The notes beneath the pieces are model-generated. The model was not told the DNA's origin, ran no database searches, and worked only from the letters and a program-made list of their open reading frames with translations. A stretch of DNA of 11,986 nucleotides from Thermoplasmatota archaeon. GTDB taxonomy: Archaea; Thermoplasmatota; E2; DHVEG-1; B18-G2. The DNA lies in contig JAPDJO010000054.1 of assembly GCA_029259115.1 (NCBI GenBank), positions 1 through 11,986 of the forward strand. The letters are read 5' to 3'. This document shows, piece after piece, positions 1 to 7,426 of the stretch. The stretch's first letter is position 1. Each line of letters begins with the position of its first letter. The position numbers and the translations under genes were made by a program.

Positions 1-2
1 CA

Positions 3-617
3 AGCTTTTGTATGTACAACGCGATAGCGGTGACAAAGAATGATATAATGGTTTTCCCAGAGCTGTGTCATTCATGTGGGGGTTGTAAACTTGTTTGCCC
101 AAAAGATGCAATAGATTACAGGAAAAGATCTATAGGTAAGATAGAAGGTGGAAAAGCAGGAAATATAGAGTTTTATCAAGGAATACTTAATATCGGAGAA
201 GTTAGGGCTATACCTATCATTAAACATCTAAAAAGAAAGATCGATAAAAGCAAAATCTCGATTCTTGATGCTCCTCCGGGTGCAGGGTGCTCAGTGATAG
301 AGACAATAGAATCATCAGATTTTTGCATACTGGTTACCGAACCCACACCCTTTGGACTCTATGATTTGAAGATAGCTGTTGATGTTGTTAGGAGATTAAG
401 GATACCGTTTGGTGTAGTGATAAACAAGGATGGTATTGGTGACAAAAGGGTAGAGATCTACTGCAGTAGAGAGAATATACCCGTACTTCTGAAGATACCT
501 TTCAATAGAGAGATAGCCACTCTATACTCCAAAGGTGTACCTTTTACTTCAGAAATGAAAGAATGGAGAGATAGATTTGGAGAAATGTTTGAGAGGATAA
601 AAGAGAGGATGAAATGA
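3..617 (+). CDS. MinD-superfamily P-loop ATPase with inserted ferredoxin domain (COG1149), 5'-truncated by the window edge
   Basis: The frame is open from position 3 (SFC-MYNAI), so ATG12 is internal to the tail of a first ferredoxin motif. Second motif is CHSCGGCKLVCP. Also ILDAPPG (Walker B/switch II), VTEPTPFGLYDL and VINK. Paralogous to the next gene. Confidence 0.92.
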   Translation, partial: SFCMYNAIAVTKNDIMVFPELCHSCGGCKLVCPKDAIDYRKRSIGKIEGGKAGNIEFYQGILNIGEVRAIPIIKHLKRKIDKSKISILDAPPGAGCSVIETIESSDFCILVTEPTPFGLYDLKIAVDVVRRLRIPFGVVINKDGIGDKRVEIYCSRENIPVLLKIPFNREIATLYSKGVPFTSEMKEWRDRFGEMFERIKERMK

Positions 618-1480
618 AACAGATAACCATAATCAGCGGAAAAGGAGGAACAGGAAAAACAAGTGTAACAGCAGCTATAGCTACGATAGCTAAGAACAAG
701 GTAATTGCGGATTGTGATGTTGATGCACCGGATCTGCATCTCATATTAAACCCGAGGGTAAAGAAGACAATGATCTTTCATGGATTGAAACTGGCAAAGA
801 GGGATAAAGAGAAATGCATAGGCTGTATGAAGTGCTATGAGAGCTGTAAATTTGATGCAATAAGCGATGATCTTGAGATAAATAAGGATAGATGTGAAGG
901 CTGTGGAGTTTGTCAGTACGTCTGTCCAACGGATGCAATCTCTATGATAGATAGAGATACGGGATACGTCTATATAGCTGATACTAGGTTCGGACCTTTC
1001 TCCTATGGAGTTTTAAGAACATCAGAAGAAGCTAGTGGAAAACTCGTCTCTATGGTTAGACAAAATGCTCTGGCACTAGCTGAAGAGAAAAAACTGGATT
1101 TGATAATAATAGATGGACCTCCGGGAATAGGCTGTCCTGTTATAGCATCTCTATCTGGAGTTGATGCCGCTTTAATCGTAGTTGAACCTACAAAATCTGG
1201 AATACATGACATGGAGAGAATACTAAAAGTCACTGAGCATTTCAGAGTAGACCCTTTAGTTTGTATAAACAAGTACGATCTCAGCATCGAGAATTCTATT
1301 GAGATAGAGGAATACTGTAGAAAGAATAATCTTGAGATAGTTGGAAAGATACCCTTTGATGAGAGATTTGTCAATGCACTAATAAATGGAAAGAGCATAA
1401 TTGAATACGATAAAGAATGTGAAGCGAGCAGGAGATTGGTTGATATGTGGAATAGGATAGAGAGGAGGTTGATAAGATGA
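614..1480 (+). CDS. MinD-superfamily P-loop ATPase with inserted 2x[4Fe-4S] ferredoxin domain (COG1149)
   Basis: Deviant Walker A SGKGGTGKT, DCDVDAP, CIGCMKCYESC and CEGCGVCQYVCP, IIDGPPGIGC, INKYD. ATGA overlap with the upstream gene. Confidence 0.95.
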   Translation: MKQITIISGKGGTGKTSVTAAIATIAKNKVIADCDVDAPDLHLILNPRVKKTMIFHGLKLAKRDKEKCIGCMKCYESCKFDAISDDLEINKDRCEGCGVCQYVCPTDAISMIDRDTGYVYIADTRFGPFSYGVLRTSEEASGKLVSMVRQNALALAEEKKLDLIIIDGPPGIGCPVIASLSGVDAALIVVEPTKSGIHDMERILKVTEHFRVDPLVCINKYDLSIENSIEIEEYCRKNNLEIVGKIPFDERFVNALINGKSIIEYDKECEASRRLVDMWNRIERRLIR

Positions 1481-1827
1481 GTATAGTTCACAAGAGCTAT
1501 AGAGATGTTGAACCAGAGATACCTGATGAGAAGGGAGCAAACAATGTAACAATAAGATGGCTGATAAGCAAGAAAGACGGAGCAAAGAACTTTGCGATGA
1601 GATTATTTGAAATAGAGAAAGGTGGATGCACACCTTATCACAGGCATGACTGGGAGCATGAGGTTTTTATTCTTGAAGGAGAAGGTACGCTGGTCGTGGA
1701 GGGAGAAGAAAGAAAATTGAGAGCGGGGGATTTTCTTTTTATTCCACCAATGGAGTGGCACCAGTTCAAGAATGATGAGAGCGAGAGTTTGAGATTTCTC
1801 TGCCTGATACCAATTAAGAAGAAATGA
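1477..1827 (+). CDS. Cupin_2 domain metalloprotein (TM1459-like, 4-His site)
   Basis: NFAMRLF..GG..YHRHDWEHEVFILEG (motif 1), GDFLFIPPMEWHQF (motif 2), C-terminal FLCLIP. Upstream GGAGGT Shine-Dalgarno and ATGA overlap. Confidence 0.92.
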   Translation: MSIVHKSYRDVEPEIPDEKGANNVTIRWLISKKDGAKNFAMRLFEIEKGGCTPYHRHDWEHEVFILEGEGTLVVEGEERKLRAGDFLFIPPMEWHQFKNDESESLRFLCLIPIKKK

Positions 1828-2405
1828 ACAAGAGAGAGAAAATCGAAAATCTCAATATCGAGATAAGGAACTGTAGAAGGTGTAGATTATCTGAAACCAG
1901 AACGAATGCGATACTGGGAGAAGGAAACATCGATTCGAAAATCATGATCGTTGCCCAAGCGCCTGGAGAGAGTGAAGATAAGGAGGGCAGGATGTTCATA
2001 GGCCCCTCAGGCAAAGTTCTGGATGAACTTTTTGGGCAGGCAGGAATTAGAAGAGGAGATATCTATATGACTAATCTGATAAAATGTAAATTACCGAAGT
2101 ATAGAAAACCAAAAAGGGATGAGATAGAATCCTGCAGTCCATATCTAGACAGGGAAATCGAGATAATCCAGCCAGATATAATCGTTACTCTTGGACACTT
2201 CGCATCATCTTACATACTGGAGAAGTACTTCATAGAGAAACCCCAAGATTTCAAGCAGGTGTATGGCAGAGCGTTTTACACCAAGTCAGGAAAAGTCATT
2301 CTCCCACTGCGCCATCCTGCGGCTTTGTTGTATAATCCAGAATTGAAGGATGTTATGGTGGAGGACTATAGGAAAATTAGTACAGTTATGGGGGAGTTGG
2401 TATGA
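1824..2405 (+). CDS. Family-4-like [4Fe-4S] uracil-DNA glycosylase with divergent active-site motifs
   Basis: Four Cys ligands (CRRC, NLIKC, ESC), motif A AQAPGESED..GRMFIGPSG, motif B HPAALLY, IVTLG. Confidence 0.88.
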   Translation: MNKREKIENLNIEIRNCRRCRLSETRTNAILGEGNIDSKIMIVAQAPGESEDKEGRMFIGPSGKVLDELFGQAGIRRGDIYMTNLIKCKLPKYRKPKRDEIESCSPYLDREIEIIQPDIIVTLGHFASSYILEKYFIEKPQDFKQVYGRAFYTKSGKVILPLRHPAALLYNPELKDVMVEDYRKISTVMGELV

Positions 2406-3040
2406 GGATAATTATAGTCTATGATAATGTAGCTACTGGTCCCTTTAAAAGTGGATGGGGATTTTCATGCTACATAAAGGAGAAACAGATCCTTTTTGAT
2501 ACCGGAGACAATGGAAAGGCACTTCTTCATAACATGAGACTCCTTGATATAGATCCCGGAGAGATAGAAAAGATTGTTCTGTCTCATGACCATTTTGATC
2601 ACACCGGAGGTTTGAAATCGCTGTTGGAGATAAATGAGGATGCGGAAGTTTTTGTTCCGGAAGGTTTTTCCAGATTCAAACTAAGAGGAATCAAGAATTA
2701 TAGAACCGTTGCTGAACCACTCGAAATATCTGATGGCTGTATCGTAAGTGGAGGTATTGATAAGCGTAAATTTGAGCAAGTTATGGTAGTTAAAACCGGG
2801 AAAAAGGTATCAGTGATAACTGGATGCGCCCATCCAGGACTAGATAGGATACTAGACTTTGCCAAGAAATTTGGAGAGATAGGTACTGTAATCGGAGGCT
2901 TTCACGGTTTTAAAGATATAGAGATATTGAAAGATCTAGATCTTGTTTTACCTTGTCACTGCACCAGATACAAAAAAGAGATACTAGAAATGGATAATTC
3001 TGAAAGCTGTCAGGTTGGTAAGGAGATAGTCTTGGAATGA
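2402..3040 (+). CDS. Metallo-beta-lactamase-fold hydrolase (COG1237; family often auto-annotated as a pterin/RFA-P synthase)
   Basis: ILFDTG, LSHDHFDHTGG (HxHxDH), TGCAHPG, GGFHG, PCHCT. Confidence 0.9.
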   Translation: MRIIIVYDNVATGPFKSGWGFSCYIKEKQILFDTGDNGKALLHNMRLLDIDPGEIEKIVLSHDHFDHTGGLKSLLEINEDAEVFVPEGFSRFKLRGIKNYRTVAEPLEISDGCIVSGGIDKRKFEQVMVVKTGKKVSVITGCAHPGLDRILDFAKKFGEIGTVIGGFHGFKDIEILKDLDLVLPCHCTRYKKEILEMDNSESCQVGKEIVLE

Positions 3041-3633
3041 GCTATGTAGATTTTTACTTCACAGAGATGGGCAGAAAAATCCTGGAGATCGAAGCTAGAT
3101 ACATAGCTGGTAGAATTATTGGGAATAAAACTTTGAGCATAGGCTGTGGGCCTGGATTGATAGAGGAGAGGATACAGCAACTTGCTGGAGGGAGAATTAT
3201 CTGTGCCGATATAGATAGAGATATGTTATCTCAGCATCGTGGAAATGTTGAAAAGATTGTATGTAGAGCAGAGTATCTACCTTTCAAGAAAGAAATCTTT
3301 GATACAATACTCTTTGTAACATCTCTTGAGTTCATAGATGACTATGAAAAGACATTAAAGGAAGGGTATAGAGTATTAAGAAAAGGAGGGAAGGCGATAA
3401 TCCTTCTACTAAATCAGAAGTCTAGATATTTTAAGGAAAGAATGGAGAAGAGAGGCTCATATATTGCTAGAAACATTAAGCATCTAGATATTAAGTCCAT
3501 GGAAGAAAGGATAGGAATTATATTTTTCATCTTGAACAGAGATTTCATAGTCACGCTGGAAGGGAACAATGTATTCGAGAAAGGAGATGAGGATGATGCA
3601 AGTATAATAGCGATAGAGGGTGTAAAGAAATGA
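3037..3633 (+). CDS. Class I SAM-dependent methyltransferase (Methyltransf_11-like)
   Basis: LSIGCGPG motif I, CADID motif, AEYLPF..FD, SLEF, RVLRKGG. Confidence 0.88.
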   Translation: MSYVDFYFTEMGRKILEIEARYIAGRIIGNKTLSIGCGPGLIEERIQQLAGGRIICADIDRDMLSQHRGNVEKIVCRAEYLPFKKEIFDTILFVTSLEFIDDYEKTLKEGYRVLRKGGKAIILLLNQKSRYFKERMEKRGSYIARNIKHLDIKSMEERIGIIFFILNRDFIVTLEGNNVFEKGDEDDASIIAIEGVKK

Positions 3634-4577
3634 GCAATATCGTATTCGGTCCAGTCCCGTCTAGAAGACTAGGGAGAAGCTTGGGAATAAATAACATACC
3701 ACCAAAGGTGTGTAGTTACTCATGCGTTTACTGTCAGTTAGGAAGAACAACGAATCTAAGTGTAGAGAGAAGGAGATTTTACGATCCCAGCAAGATAATT
3801 GAAGAGGTAAAAGAAAGGATAAAACACCTCAGAGAAAGTGGAGAGAAAATAGATTACATCACTTTTGTTCCAGATGGAGAACCCACTCTTGACATAAATT
3901 TGCATGAAGAGATAAAGGAACTGAAAAAACTTGGAATAAAGTTAGCGATACTGACAAACTCCTCTCTAATATGGATGGAAGATGTAAGAGAGGATCTGAG
4001 GATGTTCGATCTGGTTTCTCTGAAAATAGATGCCGTAGATCCTAATATATGGAAGAGGATCAACAGACCCCACCCAGAGATAAGCCTTGAAAAAGTAATG
4101 CATGGCATACTAGATTTCTCTGACGAATTCAAAGGGAAACTGCTAACAGAAACCATGCTTATAAGGAGATACAATGATCAGAGAGACCACATAGAAAAAC
4201 TCGCTGATTTCATAGAAGAAATAAAACCATCCAAGGCATACATCTCAATACCGACAAGACCGCCAGCCGAAAAAGGTATTAAGGGATCGATAGAAGAAAA
4301 TCTAAATCTTGCATACCAGGTCTTTCTGGAAAAGGGAATAAATGTTGAACTTTTAACTGGGTTTGAAGGTGATAAATTCTCGATCCTCCAAGATCTAGAA
4401 GGAGATATACTTAGCATAACTTCTGTACATCCACTCAGGGAAGATGTACTGTTGAAACTTCTAGCTAGATCAGGAAAATCTCAAGAGATTATTGATAAGC
4501 TTATTAGGGATAAAAAACTTAAGAGAGTCAGGTACTGTGGAAAGAATTTCTTCATAAGGAGGTTTGAATATAGATAG
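3630..4577 (+). CDS. Radical SAM protein, COG0731 (TYW1-related, uncharacterised subfamily) with C-terminal wHTH-like domain
   Basis: N-terminal VFGPVPSRRLGRSLG, CSYSCVYC (CxxxCxxC), PDGEPTL, LTNSSL, PTRPPAE. Confidence 0.93.
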   Translation: MSNIVFGPVPSRRLGRSLGINNIPPKVCSYSCVYCQLGRTTNLSVERRRFYDPSKIIEEVKERIKHLRESGEKIDYITFVPDGEPTLDINLHEEIKELKKLGIKLAILTNSSLIWMEDVREDLRMFDLVSLKIDAVDPNIWKRINRPHPEISLEKVMHGILDFSDEFKGKLLTETMLIRRYNDQRDHIEKLADFIEEIKPSKAYISIPTRPPAEKGIKGSIEENLNLAYQVFLEKGINVELLTGFEGDKFSILQDLEGDILSITSVHPLREDVLLKLLARSGKSQEIIDKLIRDKKLKRVRYCGKNFFIRRFEYR

Positions 4578-4758
4578 GGAGAGGCATAAGGAAGAGATCC
4601 TGAAGCTTGCGGCAGTACATCCTATAAGAAGATCCCTCCTTGAAGATATACTGAAGAAATACAAATTAGATTGGAACGATATAGATGACATGGTAAAGAA
4701 AGGCAAGCTAAAAGAAATCTCCAAGGATGGAGAGATATTCTACATAAAGAGGGACTAA
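4564..4758 (+). CDS. Small wHTH-like protein homologous to the C-terminal domain of the upstream radical SAM
   Basis: Ungapped manual alignment gives 17/53 identities with the radical SAM C-terminus, including VHP[LI]R, ID, KLK and G..F.I.R. AGGAGGT at 4557-4563. Start is uncertain (TTG 4564 or ATA 4570). Confidence 0.82.
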   Translation: MNIDRERHKEEILKLAAVHPIRRSLLEDILKKYKLDWNDIDDMVKKGKLKEISKDGEIFYIKRD

Positions 4759-5687
4759 TTAATTACCCTTGCTAACCAAAGAACATTCCTTGCGTAGATG
4801 TCATGAGCCTTACTATTAGCTATAGTTAGCTCTGGGTGTACAGCAGAAAGAATAACCCTACCTTTTCCATATCTACTAGCGACTATAGCCTTCTTTCCCT
4901 CTATATCCTCTGAGTAAGGTTTGTCATATCCCTTCAAAACAGCTATCGTGTAAACCTTTGGCATATACAATTTCCTCATAGCACTACCATCCACCATTGG
5001 TGGAGCACCAAGCATCACATTTATTTTTTGATTGAAATAAGGCTTCTGAATATCAAGACTGGATGGAACTATGTATATAGGTGCTCTTGACGTTGGTAAT
5101 TCCAATAAAAATCTTATCATATCTATCCTCATCATAAGAATTGATTTTTTGATATACTCTACAAAAACAGAGCCATCAGAATAAACATTGACCAGACATA
5201 GCATAGGTGTTAAACCCTTGAATCCCAATAACTTACTCCCGATATCAGCATATTTATTATTCATGTATTTTATACCGATAGAACCGAATATAGAATCTCC
5301 ACATATCCCATAAAATCCCCCACCGTTGCGAACAAACTTCTTTATCTCTTTCCTGTACTTCTCTGGTGTACACCAAAATCCGAAACCGCCTGGCGCAATG
5401 GCTACATCTATATGTTTCTTGATTAGAGAGCCGTTCTGAACGTCTCCTCCATTCCAATCGTCCCAGAACTCGTATATCTTGAACTTAACATCGTATCTTG
5501 CTTCAGCTTCCTTTAAAAGCAACTTATGAAAGTTATTTGATACACTATCTCCTATCGTTACATCTAGAGGATCCCATTTTTGTCTTAGTATAGCTACTTT
5601 TATCACTTTTTTGGATGGTATGGAATCAGCTAGGATGGGGAAAAGGAGCAGGAATAGTGTGATAGAAACGATAACAATCTTTCTCAT
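4755..5687 (-). CDS. Secreted or membrane-anchored BPL_N-like (class I glutamine amidotransferase fold) protein
   Basis: Signal peptide MRKIVIVSITLFLLLFPILA, APGG, FVRNGGGFYGICG (nucleophile-elbow Cys), YGKGRVILSAVHPEL (His-x-Glu). Confidence 0.78.
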   Translation of the reverse strand: MRKIVIVSITLFLLLFPILADSIPSKKVIKVAILRQKWDPLDVTIGDSVSNNFHKLLLKEAEARYDVKFKIYEFWDDWNGGDVQNGSLIKKHIDVAIAPGGFGFWCTPEKYRKEIKKFVRNGGGFYGICGDSIFGSIGIKYMNNKYADIGSKLLGFKGLTPMLCLVNVYSDGSVFVEYIKKSILMMRIDMIRFLLELPTSRAPIYIVPSSLDIQKPYFNQKINVMLGAPPMVDGSAMRKLYMPKVYTIAVLKGYDKPYSEDIEGKKAIVASRYGKGRVILSAVHPELTIANSKAHDIYARNVLWLARVIN

Positions 5688-5736
5688 TCAATATTGAATC
5701 GGATTTTAACTTAAAAACCATTAGAAAGTTTTAATA
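5686..5736. promoter_or_regulatory. Divergent archaeal promoter region with two palindromes
   Basis: + strand AGAAAG-TTTTAATA (5723-5736) about 30 nt before ATG5762. - strand TTTTTAAG (5717-5710) about 30 nt before ATG5687. Perfect 14-bp palindrome at 5686-5699 and imperfect 19-bp palindrome at 5701-5719. Confidence 0.55.
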
Positions 5737-5761
5737 CCGTTACCTCTATTCTCTTCGGACA

Positions 5762-6781
5762 ATGGATATACTGGAGGGGGTTTTGGAATCGCTAAATCAT
5801 TCCATAATCATAACGATCTTCGTCTTCTCCATGATGATCATAGTGGATTACATAAACATCTTAACCCAAGGCAAGATAAGAAACATCTTGCTCAAAAGCA
5901 AGGGTAAACAGTATATCATTTCTTCACTCCTAGGATCTACGCCTGGTTGCCTTGGTGCATTTATGAGTGTATCTATGTACGTTCATGGAATCATAACCTT
6001 TGGTGCATTGACAGCTTGTATGATAGCTACGTCTGGAGATGAAGCTTTTGTTATGCTTACTCTATTCCCAGAAGATGCGCTGATTTTATTCTTGATACTG
6101 TTTATCGTAGGGGTGATATCTGGAATAATAGTTGACAAGATTATTAGAAAAATGAAAATAAAGGTCTGCAAGGAGTGTTTATTGCAGGAATATCACGAGG
6201 AGAATATAGAGAAGATGTTTTCCAAGAAGCCAAGATTCTCTGTAGCTAGAATCCTTATGCTCTTGATATTTGTTTCTCTAATCATTCTGAACATTCTTGA
6301 TCTCTTTGGTCCGAAAGAGTTTGGTGCCGAAAAGATACTGTTTTTATCAATATCTGGATTCATGGTATTCATCTCTTTATTTTCATCTGATCATCACCTA
6401 GAAGATCACATAATCAAGCATATAGCAAGAAAGCATATTTGGAGAGTTTTTCTCTGGACCTTTGGTGCACTTGTATTTGTAAACGTTTTCATATCTCTGT
6501 TCAACCTAGAGGGTTTCATCCAATCTAACATGAATCTCATACTGATACTGAGCGCCCTGGTTGGGGTTATACCAGAATCAGGTCCTCATATGATATTCGT
6601 GATGATGTACTCTCATGGAATCATTCCTTTCTCTGTCCTTTTAACAAGCTCCATAGTTCAAGATGGACATGGAATGCTACCTCTTTTATCTTATACAATT
6701 AAAGATTCTGTGATGATGAAATTCATAAATCTGGTTATAGGACTGCTGATAGGGTTCATATTCTACTCTGCTGGTCTATAA
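5762..6781 (+). CDS. Putative manganese/heavy-metal transporter (ArsP_2-like multi-pass permease)
   Basis: About 9-10 hydrophobic segments, motifs GSTPGCLGAF, IATSGDEAF, GVIPESGPH, IVQDGHGMLPLL, His-rich DHHLEDHIIKHIARKH loop. Confidence 0.82.
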   Translation: MDILEGVLESLNHSIIITIFVFSMMIIVDYINILTQGKIRNILLKSKGKQYIISSLLGSTPGCLGAFMSVSMYVHGIITFGALTACMIATSGDEAFVMLTLFPEDALILFLILFIVGVISGIIVDKIIRKMKIKVCKECLLQEYHEENIEKMFSKKPRFSVARILMLLIFVSLIILNILDLFGPKEFGAEKILFLSISGFMVFISLFSSDHHLEDHIIKHIARKHIWRVFLWTFGALVFVNVFISLFNLEGFIQSNMNLILILSALVGVIPESGPHMIFVMMYSHGIIPFSVLLTSSIVQDGHGMLPLLSYTIKDSVMMKFINLVIGLLIGFIFYSAGL

Positions 6782-7423
6782 TTTGATAATCTCAACTCTG
6801 CTCATAACTTCTTCCAAGATCCCATCAACATCCAATCTTTTTTCTTCTTCCAAGACATTCTCTATCTTCGCTCTTGTTGTTGGCTTCTTGGGGGTAGCTT
6901 TACAAGAAATATTTTTTTCAATGGAGATATCATAGGTTCCTATCTCCTTCGCTATCCTGACTATCTCATCTTTATCAAAACCGATCAATGGTCTTATGAC
7001 CGGAAATCTCAATTCATATTGCTCCACAAATATATTATCCAATGTTTGTGATGCAACCTGACCTAGAGAATCGCCAGTAACTATCGCATTTGCATTCTCT
7101 TTTTCAGCTATCTCTTTTCCATATCTTAACATAAACCTCTTGCACATCACGCAAGTTAGGCTCTCTCTTACTCTCTTCTTAATCTCAGAGAGAGTTATTC
7201 CATGATGGATTATATACAGCTTAGATATCTTCCTAGTAACCTTGTGCAACCTCTCTGCAATCTTAAGAAAAACTTCTTTATCTATCTCATCTACAAACGG
7301 ATAATTGTAGGCATGTACAAGTGTGATGTCAGCGTATCTACTCATTAGGTAAGCTGCCACCGGAGAATCTATACCTGTAGATACTAAGCAAACAAACCTT
7401 TTTCTCTTTTCATCATCTGCCAT
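6776..7423 (-). CDS. ThiI-family PP-loop sulfurtransferase catalytic domain only (no NFLD/THUMP)
   Basis: STGIDSPVAAYLM PP-loop, TCVMCKRFM, VTGDSLGQVASQTL, RPLIGFDKDEI, SCKATPKKPTT. Only 215 aa and bounded upstream by the cutA stop codon 3 nt away. Confidence 0.88.
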   Translation of the reverse strand: MADDEKRKRFVCLVSTGIDSPVAAYLMSRYADITLVHAYNYPFVDEIDKEVFLKIAERLHKVTRKISKLYIIHHGITLSEIKKRVRESLTCVMCKRFMLRYGKEIAEKENANAIVTGDSLGQVASQTLDNIFVEQYELRFPVIRPLIGFDKDEIVRIAKEIGTYDISIEKNISCKATPKKPTTRAKIENVLEEEKRLDVDGILEEVMSRVEIIKL

Positions 7424-7426
7424 AGT

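Noticed and set aside
3630-4577. Calling the radical SAM Taw1/TYW1 (wyosine synthase)
   Set aside because: It lacks the N-terminal auxiliary-cluster cysteines; no Cys precedes CxxxCxxC.
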